From Candidatus Campbellbacteria bacterium (GTDB lineage: Bacteria > Patescibacteriota > Minisyncoccia > Phycocordibacterales > GCA-2747955), in contig PDQZ01000008.1 in assembly GCA_002747955.1 (NCBI GenBank), positions 5,983-69,982 of the forward strand: 64,000 bases of DNA, in the 5' to 3' direction. The translations under genes were made by a program, and so were the position numbers. Position 1 is the stretch's first letter. The number at the start of each line of letters is the position of its first letter. The notes beneath the pieces were generated by a model. It was given only the letters and a program-made list of their open reading frames with translations, was not told the DNA's origin and did no database searches. This document shows positions 19,893 through 28,759 of this stretch, piece by piece.

Positions 19893-19980
19893 AAAACCAA
19901 AATTTCGTGAAAGCGTTATTTTGGTTTTTTAAATATTTTGTTAAAAATGCCCGCAGCCTTCGGCTGCGGGCATTTTTTTC
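19893..19980 (+). terminator. tandem terminator hairpins after hup (AACCAAAAT...ATTTTGGTT; GCCCGCAGCC-TTCG-GGCTGCGGGC + T-run)
   Basis: seen in sequence. Confidence 0.55.
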
Positions 19981-20001
19981 TTTTTATGATAAAATATATT
20001 T

Positions 20002-21417
20002 ATGAAAATTTATAACACTTTAACCAAAACCAAACAAGAGTTTGAGCCAGTTGAAAAAAACAAAGTTTTGTTTTACCAGTGTGGTCCAACTGTTTACTGG
20101 AACCAGCACATTGGAAACTTGCGTTCAGTTGTTTTGGCTGACTTTATAAACAGAACTTTTAAGTATTTAGGATACGAAGTTTTGTTTGCACGAAATTACA
20201 CAGATGTGGGACACCTAAGTGGGGACAATGAAGGTAATGCCGATACGGGTGAAGACAGAATGGAAAAAGCTTCAAAAAGAGAAAACTTGAATCCAGAAGA
20301 AATTGCTCAAAAATATATCCAAACTTACAACAAAGATGTAAGTTTATTAAACACAATAGAGCCAACTTTTAAACCAAAAGCAACAGAATACATAGAAGAA
20401 CAAAAAGAAATGATAAATATTTTGTTTCAAAAAGGTTTTGCTTATGTTACAAAACTTGGAATTTATTTTGATGTTTCAAAAGCCGAAAACTATCACAGAC
20501 TTTCTGGACAAAAAACAGATTTTAACATTTGCGGGGCAGGAGCCGGAGATGTCACAGATTCTGAAAAGAAAAACAAAGAAGATTTTGCTTTATGGTTTTT
20601 CAAAACAGGAGCGCACAAAAACGCTTTGCAAACTTGGCAGTTTAAAGAATTTAATAATTATTTTGAAAACGGGCAAGGCTTCCCAGGCTGGCATTTAGAG
20701 TGTTCTGCAATGGCTTGGAAACTTTTGGGAGATACTATTGATATTAAAATGGGAGGAATTGAACACATTCCAATTCACCATACAAATGAAATTGCACAAT
20801 CTGAAAATACAACTGGTAAAAATTATGCAAATTTTTATTTACACAACGAGCACCTTTTGGTTGACGGAAAGAAAATGTCAAAATCAGAAGGAACATCATA
20901 TTTGCTTTCAGATATTATTGACAAGGGTTATTCACCACTTGATTTAAGGTTTTTGTTTTTACAAGCGCATTACAGATCAAAACAAAACTTCACTTGGGAC
21001 TCACTTGAAGCTTCAAAAAAAGCATTTGATAAAATCAAAAACAAACTTGGACAAATTGAAAGTGTTGGAAAAATAAATTCTGAATTCCAGAAAAAGTTTT
21101 TAGAAAAAATCGAAGATGACTTTAACACACCCGAAGCACTTGCTGTTTTACACGAAGTTTTAAAATCAGATATTCCAGACCAAGACAAAAAAGCCACAAT
21201 TTTAGATTTTGATAAAATTTTTGGTTTAAAACTTTCAGAAGTCCAAAAAGAAAAAGAAGAAGAAATGCCTCAAGAAGTTGCTCAGATTTTAGAACAAAGA
21301 AAACAAGCCCGTGAAGAAAAAAACTGGCAAAAGTCAGATGAACTCAGAGACAAACTTGCAGAACTTGGATACATTGTTAAAGACGGTCCTGACGGACAAA
21401 CAGTGACTAAAAAATAA
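20002..21417 (+). CDS. cysS: cysteinyl-tRNA synthetase
   Basis: YQCGPTVYWNQHIGN, GWHLECSAM, KMSKSEG. Confidence 0.9.
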   Translation: MKIYNTLTKTKQEFEPVEKNKVLFYQCGPTVYWNQHIGNLRSVVLADFINRTFKYLGYEVLFARNYTDVGHLSGDNEGNADTGEDRMEKASKRENLNPEEIAQKYIQTYNKDVSLLNTIEPTFKPKATEYIEEQKEMINILFQKGFAYVTKLGIYFDVSKAENYHRLSGQKTDFNICGAGAGDVTDSEKKNKEDFALWFFKTGAHKNALQTWQFKEFNNYFENGQGFPGWHLECSAMAWKLLGDTIDIKMGGIEHIPIHHTNEIAQSENTTGKNYANFYLHNEHLLVDGKKMSKSEGTSYLLSDIIDKGYSPLDLRFLFLQAHYRSKQNFTWDSLEASKKAFDKIKNKLGQIESVGKINSEFQKKFLEKIEDDFNTPEALAVLHEVLKSDIPDQDKKATILDFDKIFGLKLSEVQKEKEEEMPQEVAQILEQRKQAREEKNWQKSDELRDKLAELGYIVKDGPDGQTVTKK

Positions 21418-21458
21418 AAGTTGCAAAAACAAAATACAAAACACAAAACACAAATTTA

Positions 21459-21506
21459 AAACACGATTTTGGCCCACACAACCACCCACGCCAAAATCGT
21501 GTTTTT
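21459..21506. repeat. hairpin family C copy (stem ACACGATTTTGG, loop CCCACACAACCACCCACG)
   Basis: 12-bp stem + conserved loop; T-run follows. Confidence 0.55.
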
Positions 21507-21570
21507 CATTTTTCCACATCTTTAAAATAACAAGTTTGCTTTTTTTTTTCAATAATATATATCACTTTAT

Positions 21571-21684
21571 AGGGGACCAGACACAGTCTCAACCAAACAA
21601 CGACGCAAAGTGCAGAACCTTACCGCAAAACGAGACTGTGTCTAACCCCTCCCCAAACGCCCCTACTTATGTGAGGGTTTTTTA
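21571..21684 (+). ncRNA. candidate small structured RNA (GC-rich, own promoter-like AT box, own terminator), identity unknown
   Basis: AGACACAGTCTC pairs GAGACTGTGTCT across about 45 nt; ends in CCCCTAC...GAGGG + T-run; GC far above local background. Confidence 0.3.
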
Positions 21685-21798
21685 ATATTATTTTCTATTT
21701 GTATTTTTTCAAAAAAGGTATATAATATATATATTAGAAATTCTGAAAAGAATTTTTGCGAAAGCAAAAATTCTTTTTCTTTAAAAATAAAAAATACA

Positions 21799-23106
21799 AT
21801 GTTTGATTTAAAAGTTATAAACTCAGTTCTAGAAGAACTGCAAGAAACAAAAAATATTTCAAAAGATGAAGTAATTGACGCTATTGAGGAAACGCTAGCA
21901 GCCGCATACAAAAAACAATACGGAGAAAGAGGGCAGGTTGTAAAAGCAAAACTAAACATGGATACAGGAAATGTTGATTTTTTCAGAATCAAAGAAGTAG
22001 TTTCAGACAACGAAGTTATTCCAGAAGATGAGCTTGAAAAAATGGACAAAGAACAATATTTAGCAGAAAAAGAAAAAGGAAGAACAAAGTTCATTGACCA
22101 AAAACACATTATGCTTGATTCTGCAAAAATGATCAAAGCCGATGCCAAAGTTGGAGATGAAATCGTTTTTGATTTGGAAAACAAAACAGATTTTGGACGT
22201 GTAGCAGCAATGGCTGCAAAACAAACAATCCGACAAAAAATCAGACAAGCTGAAATGGGACATATTCAAGAAGAATTTGGAGATAAAGAATTTGAAATTG
22301 TTCAAGGAGAAGTTTTGAAACAAGAAGGAGGTTTTGTTTATGTTGATTTAGGAAAAGCCGAAGCTGTAATGCCAGCCTCAGAGCAGTTACCAAAAGAAAA
22401 ATACAAAACAGGAGACAAAATCAAAGCTCTGCTTTTGAAACAAAAAAACAGAGATGAAGGAAAACTAAGTTTAATGGTTTCAAGAACTCACCCTGAATTT
22501 TTAAGAAAACTTTTTGAAATCGAAATTCCAGAATTAAAAGAAGGAATTGTTGAAATCAAAAAAATCGTTCGTGATCCAGGATTTAGAGCAAAAGTTGCAG
22601 TTGTCTCACACGACGAAGATCTTGATGCAGTTGGAACTTTTATCGGACAAGGTGGTTCAAGAGTTATGGCAGTTTCAAACGAGCTTTCAGGAGAAAGAAT
22701 TGACCTTGTTGAATATTCAGAAGACGAAGTTGAGTACGCTAAAAACGCAATGATGCCAGCTGAAATTGAAAGCGTGGAACTTGAAGGTGACGACAAAGTG
22801 ATTGTAAATGTTTTATCTGAAAACTTCACAAGCACAATTGGACGAAATGGACAAAATGTAAAGCTTGCTTCAAGGCTTTTATCAAAAAGAATTGATGTTC
22901 TAAAAATCGATCAAGATCAAGAAAGCCAAGACAAAGAAGAAGAGCCAAAAAAAGAACTTGAAAATGAAGTTGAAGAAACAAAAACAGAAGATGAGGTAAA
23001 AGAAGAAAAAGAAGTTGTTGAAACAACAGAAGAAAAGAAAGATAAAGAAGAACCAAAAGAAAATCAAGAACAAGACAAAGAGGAGAAAACAAAAACAGAA
23101 GAATAA
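21799..23106 (+). CDS. nusA: transcription termination/antitermination factor NusA with acidic C-terminal tail
   Basis: NusA N-domain, S1 and KH regions (GRNGQNVKLASRLL). Confidence 0.9.
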   Translation: MFDLKVINSVLEELQETKNISKDEVIDAIEETLAAAYKKQYGERGQVVKAKLNMDTGNVDFFRIKEVVSDNEVIPEDELEKMDKEQYLAEKEKGRTKFIDQKHIMLDSAKMIKADAKVGDEIVFDLENKTDFGRVAAMAAKQTIRQKIRQAEMGHIQEEFGDKEFEIVQGEVLKQEGGFVYVDLGKAEAVMPASEQLPKEKYKTGDKIKALLLKQKNRDEGKLSLMVSRTHPEFLRKLFEIEIPELKEGIVEIKKIVRDPGFRAKVAVVSHDEDLDAVGTFIGQGGSRVMAVSNELSGERIDLVEYSEDEVEYAKNAMMPAEIESVELEGDDKVIVNVLSENFTSTIGRNGQNVKLASRLLSKRIDVLKIDQDQESQDKEEEPKKELENEVEETKTEDEVKEEKEVVETTEEKKDKEEPKENQEQDKEEKTKTEE

Positions 23107-23115
23107 AAAACAAAA

Positions 23116-23150
23116 ACACGATTTTGACTTCGTCAAAATCGTGTTTTTAA
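23116..23150 (+). terminator. terminator hairpin ACACGATTTTGAC-TTCG-GTCAAAATCGTGT + T-run
   Basis: seen in sequence. Confidence 0.6.
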
Positions 23151-23179
23151 TTTTCAAAAATAAAGTGTATAATATTTAT

Positions 23180-23713
23180 ATGAGAAATAATTCAAACATT
23201 TTCGTATCAGAGACAAAAAACCTTTTTGAAAAAATTTTTGGGAAAGATTTTGACTTTCAAAATTTGTTAAAAAGTGCACTTTTTGTTATTTTAATTTTAG
23301 GTTTTTTGGTATACTATCTTTTTGATATTAAAATTAATTTTCACCTTTTTGGATTAAAAAGTTTATTTTTTGGTTTTTTTATTTTAACTTTTTTTGTTTC
23401 CTTTTTGGTCCCATTATTTTTTATTCAAAAAATAAAAACCAAAGTTATTTTTGAAAAAGATTTTGTTGTATTAAAAAGTTTTTATAATCAAAAAAATATT
23501 TCTGAAAAGAAAATATATTATTCTAAATTAGAAAAAATTATTTTAAAAAGAAATAAAAACTTTTTTGGATTTCAAGGTGTTATCTTGGTCCAACCAAGCA
23601 AACAAAGAAGCCAGAAAAATTATATATATTTTTATTTAGACACAAACGAAATGACAAATTTTCAATATTTTATTGAAAAAAATAGTGATTTGAAAAGAAA
23701 AATAGAAGCATAA
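23180..23713 (+). CDS. small polytopic membrane protein (hypothetical); start moved to ATG after TATAAT at 23169
   Basis: listed ORF start 23015 overlaps nusA and encodes K-rich junk; TATAAT then ATG at 23180. Confidence 0.45.
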   Translation: MRNNSNIFVSETKNLFEKIFGKDFDFQNLLKSALFVILILGFLVYYLFDIKINFHLFGLKSLFFGFFILTFFVSFLVPLFFIQKIKTKVIFEKDFVVLKSFYNQKNISEKKIYYSKLEKIILKRNKNFFGFQGVILVQPSKQRSQKNYIYFYLDTNEMTNFQYFIEKNSDLKRKIEA

Positions 23714-23750
23714 AAAAGCCCGAAATTCTGCCAAAATTTCGGGCTTTTTT
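23712..23750. repeat. short member of palindrome family B (AAAAGCCCGAAATT...AAATTTCGGGCTTTT)
   Basis: shares GCCCGAAATTT arms with long palindromes. Confidence 0.5.
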
Positions 23751-23767
23751 CCAATCCCCACCATTTT

Positions 23768-23890
23768 AAAAACTTGAAAAATTGGATAAAGCGCGCAGAG
23801 ACAAACAAAAAAACCTCCAGAGGTATTTAATATACGGTGAGAAGTTTTTTTGTGCAGTCGACAAAGTTAGGCACTCATTTTTCAAGTTTT
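23768..23890 (-). repeat. MITE-like repeat family A, copy A4; terminal repeat overlaps murA stop codon
   Basis: AAAAACTTGAAAAATTGG ... CATTTTTCAAGTTTT. Confidence 0.6.
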
Positions 23891-25202
23891 AAATTTCTTC
23901 AATTTTTGCTCCGACACTATTTAATCTTTCCACAATATCCGCATACCCCCTTTTAATATTATAAATATCATTCAACCTTGACTCTCCGTTAATTCCCAAA
24001 AGAGTAATCAAAATCGCAGCAGAAGGCCTTAAAGCAGGTGGGCAGTTTATGGTTGCAGGTTTCAGACTCTTGTTTCCTTCAATTTCAATTCTATGTTTAT
24101 CGAGAAGCTTAATTTTAGCCCCCGTTTTTTTCAACAAAGTAAAATACTCAATTCTTTTTTCCCACATCCAGTCATGAATTAAACTTTTTCCCTCAGCTTG
24201 TAAACAAATTGGTACAAAAAATGGTAAGTTATCAATATTGATCCCAGGGTAGGGTAAAGCATGAATTTTATCAGGAAGTGCTTTAAGTTTTTTAAATTTA
24301 GAAATTGAAATATCAGCCAAAACAGTTTTTTTGTTATAAGACAAATACGTTTTTGAAATTTTAAATTCAATCCCCATACTTTCCATTTTCAAAATTTCAA
24401 GTCTTAAAAAGTTAATAGGACATCTTCTAATCACAAAATCTTTTGACTTTGTAGAAACAGCAGCCGAGATAAAAAACATTGACTCAACAGGGTCTTCGCT
24501 GTTGTAGACTTTAATATTTTTATTTATATTTTTCTTTCCATGAACGACAATTTTATCAGACAAAAATTCAATTTTAATACCCAAAGATTTCAAAAAGTAA
24601 ATTACATCCATAACCATATAATTTTGCTGTCCAAAGTGAATTGTAGTTTTTCCAGCAATTCCAGCAGCACAAATTAAAATATTTTCAGTAGCAGTATCAG
24701 ACGCCTCATACATTACAATTTCAGCAGGCTTTAATTTGTCTTTTGAAATATAATATCCGTCATCTTTAACTTTAATTTTCACTCCCAATTTCTCAAGCCC
24801 CGACTTATGAGCTGAAATTGTCCTTTCTCCCATTTTACAACCTCCCGCCTGAGGGATCTTAAAATTGTCCAAGTGATGAACCAAAGGTCCAATGGCCATT
24901 AAAAAAGAACGAATTTTTACAGCAGACTCTGCATATATATTTTTAAAGTTATATTTTTTAGGTGGAGTAAGTTCTAAAACATCATTTTCTTCTCCAATCC
25001 ATTTACACAAAACCCCAATAGATTCAAAAATTTCCAAAACTCGAAAAACTTCTTCGGTTTTAGGAATTTTGTGTAAAGTCGTTTTTCCTTTATTTAAAAG
25101 TGCTGCGTGTAAAAGCCCCATTGCTCCATTTTTGGAAGTGTTGGTGTTAATTTTTCCTTTAAGTTTTCTGCCACCTTCAATTTTTATATTTATTTTTTTC
25201 AT
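23889..25202 (-). CDS. murA: UDP-N-acetylglucosamine 1-carboxyvinyltransferase
   Basis: EPT-family; active-site region QAGGCKMGERTIS; ATG at 25202 preferred over GTG at 25220. Confidence 0.9.
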   Translation of the reverse strand: MKKINIKIEGGRKLKGKINTNTSKNGAMGLLHAALLNKGKTTLHKIPKTEEVFRVLEIFESIGVLCKWIGEENDVLELTPPKKYNFKNIYAESAVKIRSFLMAIGPLVHHLDNFKIPQAGGCKMGERTISAHKSGLEKLGVKIKVKDDGYYISKDKLKPAEIVMYEASDTATENILICAAGIAGKTTIHFGQQNYMVMDVIYFLKSLGIKIEFLSDKIVVHGKKNINKNIKVYNSEDPVESMFFISAAVSTKSKDFVIRRCPINFLRLEILKMESMGIEFKISKTYLSYNKKTVLADISISKFKKLKALPDKIHALPYPGINIDNLPFFVPICLQAEGKSLIHDWMWEKRIEYFTLLKKTGAKIKLLDKHRIEIEGNKSLKPATINCPPALRPSAAILITLLGINGESRLNDIYNIKRGYADIVERLNSVGAKIEEI

Positions 25203-25259
25203 ATACTTAAATTCTAGCACAATTACTTAATATTCAAAAACAAAACAAAAAATGTTATA

Positions 25260-25661
25260 ATGAAAAACATGAATACACAAAAATACGCAAAAGTTTTATT
25301 CGATGCTTTTGAGACAAAAGATAAAAAAGAATTTGAAGTTTTTTTTCAAAATTTTATGGATCTAATAAAATTTCAAAAAAAACAATCTTTTCTACCACAA
25401 ATTTACAAAGAAGTTCAAAAACACCTTGAACTTAAAAAAGCAGACATGAAAACAGTTTTAACTTTAAAAGATAAAAGTGATTTTGAAAAATATCAGGACA
25501 GGCTTGAAAAACTAAAAGACTATTTTAACTTAGACGATTTAAAAATAGAAGAAAACAAAAACATTGTGGGTGGGTTTATTTTACAAAACAAAAAACACAC
25601 AGTTGACCACAGTTTCAGAACAAAACTTCTTAAAATGTATAACAACTTAATTAAAAAATAA
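25260..25661 (+). CDS. atpH: short F-ATPase delta (OSCP)-like subunit
   Basis: N-terminal YAKVLFDAF and C-terminal NIVGGFILQNKKHTVDHSFRTKL resemble delta ends; only 133 aa. Confidence 0.45.
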   Translation: MKNMNTQKYAKVLFDAFETKDKKEFEVFFQNFMDLIKFQKKQSFLPQIYKEVQKHLELKKADMKTVLTLKDKSDFEKYQDRLEKLKDYFNLDDLKIEENKNIVGGFILQNKKHTVDHSFRTKLLKMYNNLIKK

Positions 25662-25686
25662 AAAACACCAATTTGGTGTTTTTTAT
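25660..25686. terminator. bidirectional terminator AAAAACACC-AATTT-GGTGTTTTTT between convergent atpH and rpmA
   Basis: seen in sequence. Confidence 0.55.
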
Positions 25687-25959
25687 TTAAACAATACTTA
25701 CTAATTTTCTTTTAACTATTTTTCCATTAAAAGATTTTTTTCTTTTTTCTTTAAATTGTACTTTTCCTTCTTTTGTTGCAAACAAAGTGTGGTCTTTTCC
25801 TGTATCAACTCCAACTCCCGCCATAAATTTTGTTCCTCTTTGTCTTACAATAACGCAACCTGGTGTTGCTTTTTGTCCGTCAGCTAGTTTTACACCTAAA
25901 TATTTTGGATTTGAATCTCTTAGGTTTTTTGCTGATCCTCCTGCTTTACGATGTGCCAT
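25687..25959 (-). CDS. rpmA: 50S ribosomal protein L27
   Basis: [24 protein letters not shown]...VRQRGTKF. Confidence 0.9.
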   Translation of the reverse strand: MAHRKAGGSAKNLRDSNPKYLGVKLADGQKATPGCVIVRQRGTKFMAGVGVDTGKDHTLFATKEGKVQFKEKRKKSFNGKIVKRKLVSIV

Positions 25960-26006
25960 ATTTTTATGTTATAATGTTAAATATAAACTGTATTATAAAA
26001 CATAAT

Positions 26007-26333
26007 ATGAAAAAAATCAAGTCCATTTTTAAAGATGATTTTATCTTTTTTGTTTTGTTATTTTTAATCTCATCAACCCTTTCTTTTTATTTAGGCAGAC
26101 TTTCGGTTGAGTATAAACAAAACAAAGAGAGTCAAAACATCACTTTTTTAGAAAAAAAAGAAAAATACCAGCAAGAAACTTACGTTGTAGCATCTAAAAA
26201 AGGAAAAACTTACTCTTTTCCTTGGTGTTCTGGAGCCAAAAGAATTTCTCAGAAAAATAAAATTATTTTTAAATCAAAAAAGGAGGCGGAGGAAAAAGGT
26301 TACAGAGAAGCCAAAAATTGTGCTGGATTTTAA
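26007..26333 (+). CDS. membrane-anchored small protein with C-terminal Cys-containing Ada/sunset-like domain
   Basis: TM then YVVASKKGKTYSFPWCSGAKRISQKNKIIFKSKKEAEEKGYREAKNC. Confidence 0.35.
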   Translation: MKKIKSIFKDDFIFFVLLFLISSTLSFYLGRLSVEYKQNKESQNITFLEKKEKYQQETYVVASKKGKTYSFPWCSGAKRISQKNKIIFKSKKEAEEKGYREAKNCAGF

Positions 26334-26409
26334 ACTCAAACAAAACCAAATACATTTAAATTTTTAATCTGTTTTTTTATTTCTTAAAAATTTATGTTAA
26401 AATATTTCT

Positions 26410-27354
26410 ATGAATAGTATAACAAAAAAAGCCATAAAATGGATTTTAGCTTTCTTTGCCTTCGCACTTTTTGTAATCATTGTGGTTTATTTATTCACAA
26501 AATACGTGCCAAGAGAGAATCAGTTTAATGTAGATTTGTTAATGCAAGACAAAGAGATTGAAGAAATTTATAAAAAAAAGCAAAAAGAAAGAGAGGAATA
26601 TGAAAGACAGTGGGAAAATAGAGAAAAAGAGGTTATTGAAAATTTAGACTGTATTAAAAATGGTAAAAAATACAAACACGGAGATTGGGGATTCTTCTAT
26701 TCAAAAAGATTTGTGAGCTTGCAAGATGATTGTGGTAACTACCAATCAAAAAAAAGATGCGACAACGGTCAATGGCTGGGTGATAGTTTTTACAATGAAC
26801 CATTATGTGAGCAATCTGTTGATTGTATGTTAGAAAATGGGGAAATTCTAAAAAATGGAGAGTCAAGAGATTTTTACTTTTTTGAAACAGTTCAGTATGG
26901 AGAAAAATGTGAAGATTACATGATTAAAAGAACCTGTAACAACACTCACTTAAAAGGCGACTCCAGATATAAATTTACAGAGTGTAAAGTTACAGAAGAA
27001 GGTATTTGTAAATTTGGAGAAAATATAATTCCAAATAAAAAAACGCACTTATTTTACAGTGTCCAGGAAGTTGAGTATACAGATAAATGTCAAAATTATT
27101 CACAATTAAGACTTTGTTCTGATGGAAAACTTTTTGGTGATGAAAAATACAAATACTGGGATTGTAGAGTTAAAATTCCTAAAAAATGTAAAACAGAAGA
27201 TGGTAAAGAGGTTGAACATAACCAAATTATAAAAATGTATTCAAGCCCGTACGGGGGAGAAAAAGGTTGTGCTTACTTTATGAAACAAGCTCAATGTATT
27301 AACGGAAAGTTTAATCAAGGTCCTGAATACAAATATGCAAAGTGTGTTGAATAA
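26410..27354 (+). CDS. membrane-anchored cysteine-rich tandem-repeat protein (about 5 repeats of roughly 55 aa)
   Basis: recurring C..NG...GD..Y...C spacing; N-terminal TM. Confidence 0.5.
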   Translation: MNSITKKAIKWILAFFAFALFVIIVVYLFTKYVPRENQFNVDLLMQDKEIEEIYKKKQKEREEYERQWENREKEVIENLDCIKNGKKYKHGDWGFFYSKRFVSLQDDCGNYQSKKRCDNGQWLGDSFYNEPLCEQSVDCMLENGEILKNGESRDFYFFETVQYGEKCEDYMIKRTCNNTHLKGDSRYKFTECKVTEEGICKFGENIIPNKKTHLFYSVQEVEYTDKCQNYSQLRLCSDGKLFGDEKYKYWDCRVKIPKKCKTEDGKEVEHNQIIKMYSSPYGGEKGCAYFMKQAQCINGKFNQGPEYKYAKCVE

Positions 27355-27406
27355 TAATTTTTTATCTGGTAAGATGAATATATACCAATAAGGTATAAAC
27401 AAAATT

Positions 27407-27724
27407 ATGGAAAAATACTTAGAAATGGTCAAAGAATATGATTCAAACCCTGACGTTGAATTAGTTGAGGTTTTGTCACACAAATTAGCTTCTACACTTG
27501 CTGATTCTGATGCATCAAGCGTTGCTTGTTCTGACGACTCAGAACTACAAACTGTTAAAACAAATTTATTGAAAAATAAATTAGATGTTGAAGGACAAGA
27601 AGCCGATGATGCAATCTCTTATGTTTGTGAAGAAATGAAAGATCAAAACAGAAAAAACAGATTAGTATTTTATTATCTTTTAATTCAAAAACTTGGACTA
27701 AAAGACAAATATGTAAATAGCTAA
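27407..27724 (+). CDS. small acidic protein (hypothetical)
   Basis: ORF with ATG and A-rich upstream; no recognisable family. Confidence 0.35.
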   Translation: MEKYLEMVKEYDSNPDVELVEVLSHKLASTLADSDASSVACSDDSELQTVKTNLLKNKLDVEGQEADDAISYVCEEMKDQNRKNRLVFYYLLIQKLGLKDKYVNS

Positions 27725-27770
27725 TAAAAGAAACTAAAAACAAAAACCAAATGGTTTTTGTTTTTTATTT

Positions 27771-27860
27771 TGAAAGCCCGAAATTTAAGAAGGTTTTTTG
27801 GAAAAAGGTAGAAGCGAAGCTTCTACCTTTTTCCAAAAAACCTTCTTAAATTTCGGGTTT
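27771..27860. repeat. long perfect palindrome, family B (copy B3), abutting tRNA-Arg 3' end
   Basis: GAAAGCCCGAAATTTAAGAAGGTTTTTTGGAAAAAGGTAGAAGC-GAAGC-mirror. Confidence 0.65.
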
Positions 27861-27865
27861 TCTTG

Positions 27866-27937
27866 TCCTCCAACCAGGAATCGAACCTGAATCTAGCCCT
27901 TAGGAGGGGCTTGTTCTATCCATTGAACTATTAGAGG
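27866..27937 (-). tRNA. tRNA-Arg (anticodon CCT)
   Basis: manual fold: 7-bp acceptor, D-stem GTTC/GAAC, anticodon stem AGCCC/GGGCT loop CTCCTAA, T-arm CAGGTTCGATTCCTG; CCA not encoded. Confidence 0.8.
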
Positions 27938-28006
27938 TTTTTTGTATTATATCACAAAAAAAATTAATAAAAAAAACTTAAACTTTGTCTAAATTTCAAA
28001 TTATTT

Positions 28007-28687
28007 TTAGACTTCACACTTAGTATCAAAAATTTCAAAAATGGCTAAAAAGAAGATTGTGAAAACCCAAGATGAAACAAAAGCAATTTCTTGAAAAATA
28101 ACATTTTCATTCATCACCAAAACATTAAATCCGTAGTGAATAAAAGTTGCCAAAACAATTCCCAAAACAGCAAACAAGAGTCTTACTAAAAGTTTTTTGT
28201 GATACATAAATGTAATCAAAAATCCAACAGTGGCAGATGAAACCACATGAAGTAAAGTAGCCCCAATAAATCTATAACTTCCATCAAGTAAAGTTTGAAT
28301 ATATTGGTTGTTTGAAATATAGTCAATAATATAATACATATTTTCAACAGCAGCAAATCCAAGTGCTGCTGTAATCATATACAAAATCGGATCACTTTTT
28401 TCGTTATCCCATTTCGAACCAAACACAGCAAAAAAGAATGCCATAAACTTCACAATCTCTTCTGTAAGGGCAAATAGAAATACTTTATGGTTTTGAACAA
28501 TTTGAGCCTGTGAGATTAAAAGTTCTATAAAAACAGCAAAAAAAGCAGAAAAAGCCCCAAAAAGAAAAGTTTTTAAAATCATTCTTTTTGGTTCTGGTTC
28601 ACATTTATCTTCATTTATCCAAAAAATCAACCAAACTATCGCTGGCGTGAAACCACCAATTGCTGCATATAACCATACTTTTTCCAT
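28007..28687 (-). CDS. PrsW-family intramembrane protease-like protein
   Basis: EEIVK, FAAVEN and HVVSSA motifs in polytopic membrane protein. Confidence 0.5.
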   Translation of the reverse strand: MEKVWLYAAIGGFTPAIVWLIFWINEDKCEPEPKRMILKTFLFGAFSAFFAVFIELLISQAQIVQNHKVFLFALTEEIVKFMAFFFAVFGSKWDNEKSDPILYMITAALGFAAVENMYYIIDYISNNQYIQTLLDGSYRFIGATLLHVVSSATVGFLITFMYHKKLLVRLLFAVLGIVLATFIHYGFNVLVMNENVIFQEIAFVSSWVFTIFFLAIFEIFDTKCEV

Positions 28688-28759
28688 ATTTATATTTTAC
28701 CATTTTTTTAGAAATAATAAATATTATATTTTATCATTTTTTATGGTAAAATATATAGT

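Noticed and set aside
21571-21684. Assigning the GC-rich small RNA as SRP RNA (ffs)
   Set aside because: Could not find the helix-8 GNRA tetraloop and AGCAG/GGAA internal-loop signature by eye, so left as unassigned ncRNA candidate.
23015-23179. Upstream part of ORF 23015-23713 overlapping nusA
   Set aside because: Encodes only a poly-Lys translation of the nusA acidic tail in another frame; real start more plausibly ATG 23180 after a TATAAT box.
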